A stretch of DNA of 64,000 nt from Octopus sinensis (Eukaryota), in assembly GCF_006345805.1 (NCBI RefSeq), contig NC_043009.1, forward strand, positions 27,590,001 through 27,654,000, read 5' to 3'. Below the pieces are notes generated by a model. The model saw only the letters and a list, made by a program, of their open reading frames with translations, searched no databases and was not told the DNA's origin. Position 1 is the first letter of the stretch. Each line of letters opens with the position of its first letter. Position numbers and translations under genes: made by a program. Below, one piece after another: positions 23,572-37,387 of the stretch.

Positions 23572-24789
23572 ACATCAATGAACAAAATGTTTAGTGGTAT
23601 TTATTCCAGTTCTTTAGTTTCTGAGTGATCAGGTTTGTGTAGCAAGATTGTTTGTATGTAGCTGATAAAATGGAGGTCTTATAAAAAAAATAGAAAAAAC
23701 AAAACAAAACAAGAAAAGGCAGTAAAAAAGCCTTTATAATCTCCTATGAAAATTCTACAATAAACACATAGTTCTTGCCACTAGGAATTGTTCTTGTTTG
23801 CAGGAAGAAAAGTCAGCTAAATACCTTTGTCCAAATTGTAAATGTTGTATCTGAGAGATTTAAGATGTTTTCCTTGATTTAAACTTATCTCCTTTATAAA
23901 GATGCAGTGAAATATATCGTTTACAAATAAAGCTTAGTATGTCTTCAGCTAAGTCAACACTGCTGCAGACATTACGACCAATTCTCCTAGAGTGAAAATA
24001 ATCTGTGGGTCATGATTTTTCCCACCTTTCTTGCTCCTCCACAAGCCTCAGACATATTATGGACACTAGTGTCTCAATACCTAGGACTCATAGAAATGGT
24101 CACCTGGTTTCCATGATATAGAAGTGACCAAAATTAAAATATTCTTCCTGGACAAGAGACCAGTAAATTGCGGGACAACTGAGTGAAATGGAACAAAATG
24201 AAATGTACAATTCAATAATACAATATGTTGCTTGATCTGGAAATTGAAACCATGATCGCGCAGTTACAAGAGCAACTCCTTAATCACTAGGACACACACA
24301 TCTTCAAACAAAACTCAGAGTCTTATAAAATTCCATCTGTACTGTCCTTTCTTTGATCAAACCATAAAAATGAGGACTCGAAGTAACTTAAGTCTACCAA
24401 AATTCTATAAATCATATTGAGAGAGGGAATTTCTCTTTGAGTTTTCAGTCAATATTTAATTTCTATATAATCTATCAGATTTCTGAAGAATGTCCTAAAT
24501 ACACACATTTTCTTTCTTTCTGTTTTACTGCCAACCTTTCTGTGTCTCAACCAACACAAATTCTCTGTCCTTTCAAATCTAAATCTTCTGCTGGCAGCAA
24601 TTAAATTAAGAAATAAATTTTAAAATAAAGCTATATGTAATAAGCTATATGTAATTTATAATTGGCAATCAATGCATGCACACACACACAAACCTATATA
24701 AGGCAGATAAAATTATGACTAAATATAGATATCTAATATATATATATATATAAATCAATACACATACACATTTATATACCTACATAGAG

Positions 24790-24913
24790 ACACAAGCATA
24801 CACGTATATCTATGCATGTCTGTATATATATATACACACACACACACACGTATATATATACACATGTGAATATATGTGTATATATATATATATAAATATA
24901 CATACATATATAT

Positions 24914-24945
<32 letters not shown>

Positions 24946-24964
24946 GTATATATATACATGTATA

Positions 24965-24998
<34 letters not shown>

Positions 24999-25135
24999 CA
25001 TGCATATATATATTCTTATATATAAATATGTATATATATATACATGTATATATATATTTGTATGTATCTATGTATGTATGAACATATATATATGTGTGTG
25101 TGTGTGTGTGTACATGCACGCATACACACACATGT
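24790..25135. repeat. Compound (TA)/(CA)/(TG) microsatellite
   Basis: Directly visible. Confidence 0.95.
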
Positions 25136-25619
25136 GTATATCGCAAAAGATCAATAGAACTGACACAACATTGCTTCTAAATGTTAATTAACGCAGTTTT
25201 CTGTTCAAAATATCATTTAAAATGTAAAACACCATTTTTCTAATTTCCTTCCGTTTCTTCCTTAAAAGGTTGTCGAAGCATTTATTGAGCAAAAGCTATT
25301 GTCAACATAAGAATGTACTAATTGAGCTTATATTTAAAGCAAATTACTTTACACTCATTTGCTAATTAGAGTTCAGGCATTAATCTAGATAAACAGTTCA
25401 GTGTAATTGCTGCAAGTTCTCTAATTAACTAGCTTTAAATGTATTTCATAGATTTTTCATTTCAGCAAAGAAATTATTTTTTAAATTCATGTCAAATTCT
25501 GAGTGGAATCTTTTTCAATTTTATTAGTAATTATGGAATTATTCTGGAAACATATGTCATCAAATGTTCTTAGAAAAATTTAATGTAAATTCTCGATTTC
25601 TTAGAATATGTTTTTATAA

Positions 25620-26005
25620 GTCTGGCATTTAAAAAGCACCATTTGAGCATGATTGTTGCTAGTGTCACCTTATTGGCACATGTGCTGGTGGCATGTGAAA
25701 AATGACATCCGAGCATGGTCGTTGCCACTGCTGCCAAACTGGCTCCCATGCAGGTAGCATGTAAAAAACACCTTTTGAGCATGGTCGTTGCTAGAACTTC
25801 CTGATTGGCCCTCGTGCTGGTGGCATGTAAAAGCACCCACTACACTCTCGGAGTGGTTGGTATTAGGAAGGGCATCTAGCTGTAGAAACTTTGCCAGATT
25901 AGATTGGAGCCTGGTGCAGCCTCTGGCTCACCTGTCCTTAGTCAAACCGTCCAACCCATGCCAGCATGGAAAGCGGACGTTAAATGTCGATGATGAGGAT
26001 GATGA
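25620..26005 (+). mobile_element. RTE 3' UTR fragment with about 65-bp repeat units and (GAT)n tail
   Basis: GCTGGTGGCATGTAAAAGCACC units followed by the shared RTE tail. Confidence 0.8.
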
Positions 26006-26189
26006 TTTAGATTATATATTATATGACTCTGTTCCATGCTTTTGCACTTTTGCAAGTTGTTTTTGATGTCTAGGTAGTCACCAACAAATATACGCATCAA
26101 CTTGGTCCCTGACCCAGAAGAACATCAAAGATGAGAACAGCTGGAGGGAAGGACAAAACGGAGAGAGAGAGAACATGACAGAGTGATAG

Positions 26190-26226
<37 letters not shown>

Positions 26227-26447
26227 ACTTAGTGTTGGATTGGCCTCCACTTTTATCTGTGTAGATTGAATTCATATATTTATTTTTTATAGTTGCATAT
26301 GTTTCCTCAAGTTCATTGAGAAGTTTCTTACATAAAAAGTGTATTTGAAAAAAAATGACAGTATCAATATCAATGTCTGTTTAAAATGTAATCTCTTTTG
26401 TCATTGTGGTAGCTGTCATCGCAATGAATATAATAAATATCTATATC

Positions 26448-26483
<36 letters not shown>

Positions 26484-26734
26484 TATATATATATATATCA
26501 TCATTGTTTAATGTTCATCTTCCATGTATGCATGGATAGGACAGTTGACAGGATCTGGCCAAGTATAAAAACTATCTTAGGTTACTCTTTCTGTTATCTA
26601 TCTATCTATCTATTTATCTATATATATATATATATATATATATGCATGTATGTATATATATATATATATATATTTATTTATGTATGTATGTATCTGTTTA
26701 TATATATATATATATATATATATATTTCTTTACT

Positions 26735-26950
26735 CCCACGAGGGGATAAACATAGAGGAGACAAACAAGGACAGACAAAGGGATTAAGTTGATTACATTG
26801 ACCCCAGTGTGAAACAGGTACTTTATTTATCGATCCCGAAAGGATGAAAGGCAAAGTCGACCTCGGCGGAATTTGAACTCAGAACGTAACGACAGACGAA
26901 ATACCGCTAAGCATTTCACTCGGCATGCTAATGTTTCTGCCAGCTTGCCA
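26735..26950 (-). mobile_element. SINE family C, near full length and young-looking
   Basis: Retains CpGs: CGATCCCGAAAGGATGAAAGGCAAAGTCGACCTCGGCGGAATTTGAACTCAGAACGTAACGACAGACGAAATACCGC. Confidence 0.85.
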
Positions 26951-26986
26951 CCCTGATGTATATATATATATATATGTATGTATATG

Positions 26987-27021
<35 letters not shown>

Positions 27022-27533
27022 ACATAAATTCTTGAAACATATTAAATTATGTATTAAGCAAAATATCAAAGATAGAAATATTTTTTCAGAAATTTAGAAT
27101 TTGGGATGCAAGCTTTAAGCAAACACTCCTTAGAACACCGCTGCTTAACTAGAGGAATCGGTAAGTTGATTGATGGGAAACTCTTGTTATGCAATTTTAC
27201 TTCTGCCTAGAATCATTTTTAGAAATATTGGTTACATACTTTTTATTTTTTTGAAGTGATGTCTATTTAACAATTTTGATTCTTTACTGAACTCATTTAC
27301 ATCAATGGTTATTTGGAACCAGATGTGTTATTTTCCTTTACTTGTTTATTATGAAGATTTTCGAATTTCTGCAATTTAATACTTCTGATAAATTGTCTTG
27401 AAAAGACAATATCTGTGACAGTATGTGACTTCCTACTCACATACATTATATATGTGTGTATATATATATTGCATACATATACTATATTTATATTGATATA
27501 TATACACTTTATATTAAATTATATATATTATAC

Positions 27534-27576
<43 letters not shown>

Positions 27577-27865
27577 AAGTTCTTAAAGTAAATCAAATTA
27601 TATTAAGTGAAGTTTTGTGTAAATACCAAAAAACAAAAAATACAAAAAGAAATTACTATTGATGAGTTTTAAAGCTTATTGTAAATTAAACATTGTTATG
27701 AATAAAGTATTTCTAAGAAATATAGATGTTGATGCAAAACTCTGATTTTAGGGAGCTAAGGTTGCTATGTTTACGACTTTGTCATGAGAATCAGAAATAT
27801 GAATAAGCAAAATGAGCTTTTTCTCATATTTAGGGTAACTCTTAATACATACATAGATATACATA

Positions 27866-28015
27866 TACCGGAGTAAGCACATAAAAGCACATAAAAGGTG
27901 GTAAAAAGAGTACTCAAATACCAGAGATGCTTTATTTAAAGGCAGCAGAAATATCACAAAAACTGTTACTCAGAGTTTCACGTTCCCATTTGCCGGATAG
28001 TTTTGTTAGATTTCT
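27866..28015 (-). mobile_element. PLE-type repeat, family 5, with degenerate HHR at about 27961-28002
   Basis: AACTAT CCGGCAA ATG GGAA CGT GAAA CTCTGAG TA ACAGTT. Confidence 0.5.
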
Positions 28016-29966
28016 GCTAATAGATATACATATATATATATATATATTCTCACCAAAGCAAAATAAATTCTTTAAAATATATATTTTATATTTCACTTTC
28101 AACTAAGCACAACCTTTGCAATAAGAATAGCTATATAAGTTTTTTTTAATGAAAATAATTCAATAAGTTGATGTACACAATTCAATCAGCATTCTATAAT
28201 AAATACCATCTGTATTTCATACTTAATCTATATCTGCCATTGGAAGATATGATGTTGTGGATTTAATGCAAGAGAAAATCATTTCATAAATAAGTCGTGT
28301 CAAAGAAGCAATATATATTGAAGTGAGAAGAACATTGTCCCAACAGTGACTTATAGGAGCACTAGACTTGTTATAACCACCTTTAGGCTTGTCAATGATG
28401 TGTACTCAATCATCATATTCCCAGGGAAAATCATTCATTCCTGATATATAACAAATAGGGAATAATACATTCACTGATATTGCAGAAAGCATGCTGGTAT
28501 AACAAAAACTCAAAGTATGCAAGTGAAACTTGATTAAATTATAAATGCCATCTGTGATCATACTTAATGTGTATTCACGAATGGTATATATATATATTAA
28601 GTATGATATACAGTGTTTACAACAATAAGTGCAAAATATTATAAATTCCTTTATAAGTGTATATCAGATGTGAATTCCATAAGAAAGAAACGAATAATAC
28701 AATTGGTTTTTTATTAGCTTTCATTCCAGTCTGATTTACCATTCTTTTAGAGCTGTAAGATTTTGTTTTCTTTTTGTGAACAAATGAAGAACAAGGCTAA
28801 TGGTTTGTGTCAATGTCATGTCAAAGTCTTTTATTCTTTATTTTCTGAAAGAGATTAGGTTAGGTTATAATTACTCTGCAAGCTGTAAAAAGAGGAATCA
28901 CTATATATAATTTCCTGTTTGCTTTCAAAATTGTGATCGGTGTAATGGCTCATGTAATCGTGCCCAATTGTTAGAATGAAATAAAATAACAAAAAAGAAA
29001 AAGAAAGAAAAAAAACCACACGATGAAAAAATACATAAAAACGTAAAGGAACAATGTTCCCCACCCTGTAAATCTTCATCGAAATAAGAACGATCAAGAT
29101 TTGAATCAGTTTCCTTAAACAAACTATCACACTCAACGAGGATATTTTATTTTGCTTGATCTTTTTCGTTAAGTAAATAAAAACAAAGATTATTAAGCAT
29201 GTTAAATTGACTCTTCACTCCTCATTAAACACAAACCATTCCTCTCTTTTACCGATCTCATGCTGAACATTACCAGGCATTCCACTAACTACTCATTCAT
29301 ACATTCTAACACATCTTCCTTAAATTGGTCTCATTTTTTCTTTTGTTTGTTTGTTTTTAAAAAATTTTTTTAGACCTACCCCCCACCTACTTTGCCTTTT
29401 TCTTTTTCTTTTTTCTTTATCTAGAATTTATTTCTTAATCAATAGTTGGTATTGTCAGTGAGTTTAGATTCAAGGTAAACAAACAATTTATTGTAATCAA
29501 TGTTGCAACACCTGCAGCTTTTGTAGTCAGCGCTAATCATAATAGTTTTCTTAACATTGATTTCTTAACCAAGCATAACAGCACTTCAGAATTATAAGGA
29601 AGAAAAATTAACAAAAAAAAAAAAAGAAACAACGCAAAAAAAGAAATGAAAAAGCAAACAAATAAACAAAACCATCATGATATTTAGGTTTTTATGGAGT
29701 AAATAAAACCATTCCATGTAAGAAATGGAATCAATTCAAAGAATTAATTCATTTACACAATGAAAGCTGTGCTCCTGTATGGCCTTGCCCCACTTCAAAT
29801 GTAAAGAACTAATAAGTAAAAAGTTAGATGAATTACAACTTACAAATATAATATCTGGAGATAACATATAGCAATACACACCAGACTTCCACATATATAC
29901 AATATATTGTACATATATTTATGTATGTGTATATATATATATATATATAGTATAATATATATACAT

Positions 29967-30013
<47 letters not shown>

Positions 30014-30060
30014 CATATATATGGATAGATAATATAATATACATAATATTGTATATTATA

Positions 30061-30135
30061 TATAAGGTGTTGAAATGTTCCTGGCTTTGAGTAAAAGAAA
30101 ATACAGGAGGATTAGTTCTGATTTTATTCACACAC
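30061..30135 (-). mobile_element. Mariner MITE end fragment
   Basis: GTGTTGAAATGTTCCTGGCTTTGAGTAAAAGAAAATACAG is the reverse complement of the 3' end of 14152-14369. Confidence 0.65.
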
Positions 30136-30529
30136 AAATTGTGGTGGTCCTTAATTTTTCTAAGTAGTTTTAATATGAAGGCAACATGTGACCAACTGGT
30201 TAGGGTGCTAAGCTCACAATCACAATGTTGTGAGTTCAATTCCTGAATTGGGTTATGTGTTATGTGCTTGAGCAAGATACTTCATTTTATGCTACCCCAG
30301 TCTACTTAGCTGTAAACGAATGCTCAGTAATTATCTCTCTTCATCTGGCTATCACATCCTGGAAGTTCTGCAATGATAATTAGTGGGTCAGTTAAGAGGG
30401 TATCTGTGTTTGCTCAGAGTTACACAGGTATTTAAAGCAATTTGGCAGAATCATTGAAGCATCAGACAAGATATCTTCTAATATTTGTTCTGGCTTTTAA
30501 TATTGTGAGTTGAAATCCAGTGGGGTGAT

Positions 30530-31115
30530 TGAAAGGCAAAATCGACCTTGGCAGAATTTGAACTCAGAATGGAGAGGCAGACGAAATACCTATTTCTTTA
30601 TTACCCACAAGGGGCTAAACATAGAGGGGACAAACAAGGACAGACATAGGTATTAAGTCGATTATATCGACCCCAGAGCGTAACTGGTACTTAATTTATC
30701 GACCCCGAAAGGATGAAAGGCAAAGTTGACCTCGGCGGAATTTGAACTCACAACGTAACGACAGACGAAATACCGTTAAGCATTTCGCCTGGTGTGCTAA
30801 CGCTTCTGACAGCTCGCTGCCCTATCTTGACAATAATAATGATGATGAGGATAATGATAATAATTATGATGATGATGATGATGATGATTATGATGATGAT
30901 GATGATGATGATAACAATCATGATATTAGTAATAATAATAATGATTATAATAATTATAATAATAATGGTTTAAAATTTTGCCACAAGGCCAGCAAGCTTG
31001 GGAGAGGGGTTAAGTTGATTATAATGACCCTAGTTCTCAACAGGTACTTATTTTATCGACCCTGAAAGGATGAAATGCAAAGTCAACTTCGTCAGAATTT
31101 GAACTCAGAATGTAA
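30530..31115 (-). mobile_element. SINE family C copies (30530-30828 and 30965-31115) around a (GAT)/(AAT) tract
   Basis: Family C core present three times. Confidence 0.85.
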
Positions 31116-31129
31116 AACAACAATAATAA

Positions 31130-31255
<126 letters not shown>

Positions 31256-32083
31256 GAAACACTGGCTCATTCTCATAATATTGCAAATTATCAGCAATCT
31301 AATGGATATTGTAATCCAAGAAAATCCAAAATATAATTAGAATAACTATTAACTAATGAGAATTTACAACTATAGATATCTGTTCAATAATAATTGAAAT
31401 AACAAATATTGTGATAGTAATTCGATTTGTATTTTAAAGCAAACAACAAAACCACGAACAATTATATGAAATGGATCTTGGTATCGTAAGACGAAGAAAA
31501 CATAAAGAAAATTAGATCTTGGTATATTGAACAGTCAATATTGTATTTGCAAATGTATGTCAGATTGAATACATATGTTCAATTGAATAGAAAAATCAAT
31601 CAATACCTGTGTGTAATGATTTCTTTAAAGGTCTTTTAAACATACTGATATCATGATTATCCTGATTGTCATTTTAACATCTAGTTTTCCATGTTTGCAT
31701 CGGTTAGCTGAGTAGAATTTTTTAGCCAGATGCTCTTACTGATGTTAACCCTCACCTGTTTCCAACAAAGATAATGAATCCACCATACTATCAAACAATG
31801 AACAGCCCAGGCAAGGTTACAGGGAGAACTAGAAATAAACAAACACCTTTTGAATGAACCTTTTGTTTGCAAAGATTACATTACATGTCAAGGCATGTAA
31901 AGAAGTCTGAACATGTTTTTTATGGTGGACAAGTGAAGGGCAGCATCAGTGTGAACAATGAAGCTAGTTGTTAACAGTCTGAAAACATGTGTGAAGATGA
32001 GAGAAAATACAAACTCACTCACTGAAACACACACACACACAAACACATGCATGTGCGTGCACACACACACACTTGCATGCATG

Positions 32084-32128
<45 letters not shown>

Positions 32129-32457
32129 CCATTGTTCTTTGTTCTTTGAAATGAAACCTAGCTTAGAGCTAATTTTTATAGATCACATTTTATGCTTTGT
32201 TTTCTAAACCTGAGAAAAGTAAGAATTGGTGTAAATTTTGATTTTCCATCCCACAAAAATTTTAAGAGGTGTGCTAGCACCCCCTGCATCCCCTATGCAG
32301 GGTCCATGAATATAAAGTGTTTTTATATCAGTATAAGATCAGATCTTTCATAGACAGAACATTACTACAAACTATCCTCAACTAGCTTCTAAATAACGTT
32401 TTAGTCATCACACGTAACTATATGAACTTTTAAAATACTATTGTCTTTTCTCCTCAG

Positions 32458-32517
32458 GAGTGATGCCTATAGGCGTTAGAGATTATGAACCTCCAAGCCA
32501 AAGTCTGTGCCTTGAGA
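32458..32517 (+). CDS. Candidate 60-nt phase 1-1 exon (GVMPIGVRDYEPPSQSLCLE)
   Basis: ttgtcttttctcctcag acceptor and GAGA|gtaagt donor; only one frame open. Confidence 0.5.
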
Positions 32518-33839
32518 GTAAGTGTCTGAGAACAGAGTAAGCAAAATAAATCGGTAGAAGGCAACAGGAAGCCATTGCTATGTCTTTCCCAAGAAAATCA
32601 TAAATTTTCAATCTTTGGCTTGAGGTTCTTGGTCATCGGTGCCTGTGGGCATAGCGCATGAAGAGAAAGGATAATGGTATTTTAAATTTGATATTAGTGA
32701 TACTTAATGACTAAAATCTTATTTAGAAGCTGACTGGGGAATCATAATGATTTGTGCTATTAAGTTTAATTCTTTCTTGGATAGTTTTGTAGCAGTATTC
32801 TGTTTCTAGAATGTTGTTGGTATGGACAGGTAATTGCTATCATAACTTTGCTATTGCTACCTGTCCATAGGTATGCTGTTCTTGTAACATGTTTTGTTTA
32901 ATATGGACGAGAAGTAAGAGATGTCTAGCAAAAGAGAATAAGTACTGTCTAACAGACATTAAATGATTGAAACACTAAGCTACTAAATACTAGATTTTCC
33001 CAAGGAGAAGTTAGAGTTGTGGTCTGGTCAAAGAAGTCTCCTGCAGATTTAGAATATGTAAAATATGAAAAGAGACTTGTTATGGTAAGCAATTATATTC
33101 AAGATATATACACACACACAAACACACACACACACACACACACACATGTGTATGTATGTATGTATATGTATCATATATATATACTGGTAAATTCCATGTT
33201 TTAATTGATAATTTTACATCCCTGGTACTTATTCTATGAAATAATATCTTAGAAACATAATGTTTTAACAACATGATGAAATAATTCTTTCTGCATCAAT
33301 GACAAAGGATTTTGTTTTAGATTTTAAATGAGGTGTTCCTCACTGCATCAAACATGTCTAGAGGAAATGCTTATTTTGTCTCCGTATCATTTGCACACAT
33401 TTGGTATATGAGCCCTTCTTCCGGTGATAGAAAAAAATATAGCAGTCATTGATAGCACAACCGCAAACATAACAGACATTCATTTTAATTGCTTCTCTGC
33501 CTCTTTGTGTCTTTCTCTCTAACTTCAGTAAACTATATACATTACGTGGGTGCATAAATACAAACACCCACGTATACACGCGTTGCTATGCAAGCCATGC
33601 ATGTGTCAGTGTGTATCTATGTGCACATAAAAACGTATAATTATATACTTATCTCCATATCTGTGTCTCTTTCTCTCTCCCTCTCTTCCCATCTCAGTCA
33701 TTGTACATGCAGAAATATGTGTATAAACATGTATAAACATACATGCAAACAACATCCATGCAAACAACATCCATGTTCTCTCTGAATATGCACTCACCCA
33801 GCATTTCCTAAGACTCGAAATATGGATATAATTCTTGAT

Positions 33840-33843
33840 CTAC

Positions 33844-33887
<44 letters not shown>

Positions 33888-33990
33888 ATACATACATATA
33901 TATGTCCATATATATATATACATATATATATATGCATATATATATATATGTGTGTATATATATATATATGCATATATATACATATACATA

Positions 33991-34031
<41 letters not shown>

Positions 34032-34035
34032 ACAT

Positions 34036-34095
<60 letters not shown>

Positions 34096-34145
34096 CATCA
34101 GTATTTAGAGTCCATTTTCCATGCTGATATATATATATATATATA
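33840..34145. repeat. Compound (CTAT)/(TA)/(CA) microsatellite
   Basis: Directly visible. Confidence 0.95.
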
Positions 34146-34602
34146 CACTCATGTATCTATCACCTCAGCGTAAATAAACGTGGAAATGATTGTGTATCAT
34201 AAAGACAGGAAATGATTGCTAATTGGATTTGTTAATGTGTTATTTCAGTTGGTTACAACTTTAACACCATTTCAGTACTGTGGCATATAATAAGCAGTAA
34301 AGCAAACATCCTTCTTATTAACACAATAAATACTCAACTTCTGAAGGCAATAACATGTCATAATGTGCAAAATTGAGGCCAAATCTGTGATATATCATTA
34401 CTTTTTAAGACATAAGTTTAAGACATTAAGTAGTCCTTCTATGTTTGTTTGTTTTTTTGCTCATTTTTTTTGTTTCTTTTTTATCTCTCTTTCCCTAATC
34501 ATTTGCCATGGCTTGGCAATGTCGCGCACACTTAACCTAATGTTAGAAGTTAATTTGTAGGTTGAAATAAAAGAAGAACATTCTTTTTCTCTCTCACTCT
34601 TA

Positions 34603-34639
<37 letters not shown>

Positions 34640-34781
34640 TTTACACACACACATAGACATAATGCATAATCATGTATACAACCATGTGTATAGATAGATA
34701 CATAAATACATAGAGAGATAGATAGATAGAAAGATATATATGTGTGTGTGTATATATATATATATATATGGATAGACAGAC

Positions 34782-34823
<42 letters not shown>

Positions 34824-35083
34824 ATAGTTAGATAGATAGATAGGTAGATAGATAGATAGATAAGTCGATACATACAAAATGTGTGTCAGTTCAGTCTGTA
34901 GGCAGACTCTTGTCTACAGAGATTAATATATAAACACTTATTGTAAAATTTGTTTACATTTTATTTTCTAGACTAAAAAGAAAAGAGGAAGCTTGTTTTG
35001 CATATAATTCTATGTTCCGCTATATGCTGAATACATTATTTTCTTGGAATAAACGCTTACTTTTTTTTCCCCTTTCCCTACAG

Positions 35084-35133
35084 ACGAATATTATTTAACA
35101 GTGCCAAAATTTACACTATGGACACAGTGTTAA
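35084..35133 (+). CDS. Candidate exon (N)EYYLTVPKFTLWTQC*, terminal or ending at an internal donor
   Basis: Very strong acceptor ttttttttcccctttccctacag; open in phase 1, matching the 32517 donor. Confidence 0.4.
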
Positions 35134-35291
35134 TATCTGTTTTTCAATTAGGAAGACTCAGGTGATTAGAGCAATGCATCTTAGGGTTATTTCAATTATT
35201 TTAACCTATGACATCTGGTCTCTGTAGTTAATTCCTCAGACTTTCGAAATCAGAATTTCTCTTGTAAACATCTTTGCACTTTTTATATAAT

Positions 35292-35880
35292 ATCTTTTAC
35301 TTGTTCCAGCTATTAGACTGTGGCCATGCTGGGGCACTGACTTGAAGAATTTTTAGCCAAAAGAATCAACCCCAATGTTTATTTTTATCTTTAAGTCAGG
35401 TACTTATTCTATCAGTCTCTTTTGCTAAACTGCTAAGTTACAGGGATGTCGACACACCAACACTTGTTGTCAAGTGGTGGTGGGGGCACAAACACATATA
35501 TAGATATATACATATCAACATCATCATCCTCATCATCATTTAACGTCCGTTTTACCATGATGGTATGGGTTGGACAATTTGAGAGGATCTGGCAAGCAGA
35601 GAAGGCACCAAGTTCCATTGTCTGTTTTGGCATGGGTTTTACTGCTGGATGCCCTTCTTAATGCCAACCACTTTACAGAGTGGACATTTTACACACACAC
35701 ACACACATGCACGTTCATGCAACAGGTTTCTTTCCATTTCTGTCAACCAACCAAATCCACTCACAAGGCTCTCAATCGCCCAAGGCTGTAGCTGAAGACA
35801 TTTGCCCAGGATGCCACACAGTGGGACTGAACCCAGAACCATGTGCTTGGGAAGCAAGCTTCTTCCTGTACAGCCATGTT
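35292..35880 (-). mobile_element. SINE family B split by an RTE-tail fragment (about 35515-35690)
   Basis: 3' half 35292-35485 and 5' half 35720-35880, with the RTE tail and (CAT)n in between. Confidence 0.75.
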
Positions 35881-36429
35881 TATGCCTATGGCTATTCAAA
35901 ATAGACAGAAACAATTGGTGTATTTGATAGCTTTTAATCTGCAATAACAAATTGCTGTTTAAATATGTGTTTCTAGAATTGTGAACTGTGATGTGTGTGG
36001 ACATCATTGAGTGCTTGATCGTGTGTGCAATGTAAACCAAGAAATTTAAGAATAAAATTTAAAAGCCAGACATTTTCAGTTTTTTTTTCATAATTTTTTC
36101 TATACATCTCTCATTATTAAAAAAAAACACTTATTATTATTCAAAGAGAATTATTAGTATTCACATAAAATGATTAATAGACGATAGCCAAACGAACAAA
36201 CACTAAATAAATAAATAATTAAATAAAATAAAAGGAAGAAATAAAAAAAACTAAATGATTAACAGTTGAATTCTGATATTAAGCTGATGTGTTTGAGCTT
36301 TAAATTTGTTTTAAATTCTTTAAATTTTTAAATTCTTTAAATTCTTTTTAAATTCACTCCAGTGAATTATTGATAATGTCTTAAACAACAACAAAAAAAG
36401 TATATATATTCTTTTTTTTTTGGTTATAT

Positions 36430-37115
36430 GTATCATGTGGCCATGCTAGAGCACTGCTCTCAGTCAAACAAATAGACCCCACAACTTATTGTGGCCATGC
36501 TGGAGCACTGCCCTCAGTCAAACAAATAGACCCCACAACTTATTATTTGTAAGCTCAGTTCTTATTCTATTGGTTTCTTTTGCCGAATCACTAAATTACA
36601 GGCTTGTAAACATACCAACATTGGTCGTCAGGCGATGGTGGGGGAACAAACATAGACACACAGATACTTACAGATATATATATACATATATATATTATGG
36701 CTGCCCCCTCATTATCGAGTATGCACGAAGCTTAACTGTTACTGGTGCTGTGATTGAATGTGACTTTATAGCCCAGCCAAATATCTACAATGTCTTGTAC
36801 AGAATTAGCAACTAAAACCTTTACCGATAATAGCCGGCTGTAGTTGTAACTGGGCTTCATGTACCTTTCATGTCATTTAAGTCCTCCTACCGAATTACAC
36901 TCTCTTCCACATGCCTGACAGATATGATTAGTATGGTGTGTTACACCACCACCAGTGGTCAGGTTGTCACTCATCTGTCTCGCTTTAGGGCTCCTTTCAG
37001 ATTCTGTCTACCAAATTTATTCACAAAGCTTTGGTTGGCCCAAGTAGAAGACACTTGTCCAAGGTACCACACAGTGGGACTGAACCCAGAACCATGTGGT
37101 TGGAAAGCACACCTG
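36430..37115 (-). mobile_element. SINE family B with a 54-bp internal tandem duplication (36436-36543), split by a LINE end
   Basis: TGTGGCCATGCT(A/G)GAGCACTGC(T/C)CTCAGTCAAACAAATAGACCCCACAACTTAT occurs twice; 5' half at 36990-37115. Confidence 0.75.
36697..36985 (-). mobile_element. Degenerate RTE-like LINE 3' end with two C2H2-like zinc fingers
   Basis: HICQACGRECNSVGGLK*HER, then after a frameshift FSC*FCTRHCRYLAGL*SHIQSQH, followed by a short tail ending GGGGGCAGCCATAAT. Confidence 0.65.
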
Positions 37116-37159
37116 TGCTTATATACATATATATTTAGTGAGAATTTACAAAAAAACAA

Positions 37160-37330
37160 AAGACGATGACGGGTGTGTAAACAACAAACAGATGTATTAG
37201 TTTAACACTCGGGAAGTGAGAAAGTCTTTTATGTTTCAAGATTATGCTCTTCAACAGAAAGGAACACAGAAGTAAACAGGGAGAGAAAATAGAAAAGGTT
37301 TAGTGGCTAGCGATCTATCATGGCGATGGT
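37160..37330 (-). mobile_element. PLE family 1 copy with decayed HHR (37226-37261)
   Basis: CTTT CTGTTGA A GAGC ATAA TCTT GAAA CA TA AAAG. Confidence 0.7.
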
Positions 37331-37387
37331 CAAAGTATAATAATGATAATAATAATAATAACAACAAAAACAACAACAATAATAATA

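Noticed and set aside
28220-28561. Minus-strand frame of about 112 codons interrupted by one TGA, including a possible 60-nt exon (28440-28381); selenocysteine considered
   Set aside because: No selenoprotein motif and no SECIS seen; two adjacent ORFs of 50-60 codons are expected by chance.
34903-34920. Short hairpin CTGTAGGCAG/TTGTCTACAG
   Set aside because: Only 8 of 10 pairs, within chance expectation.
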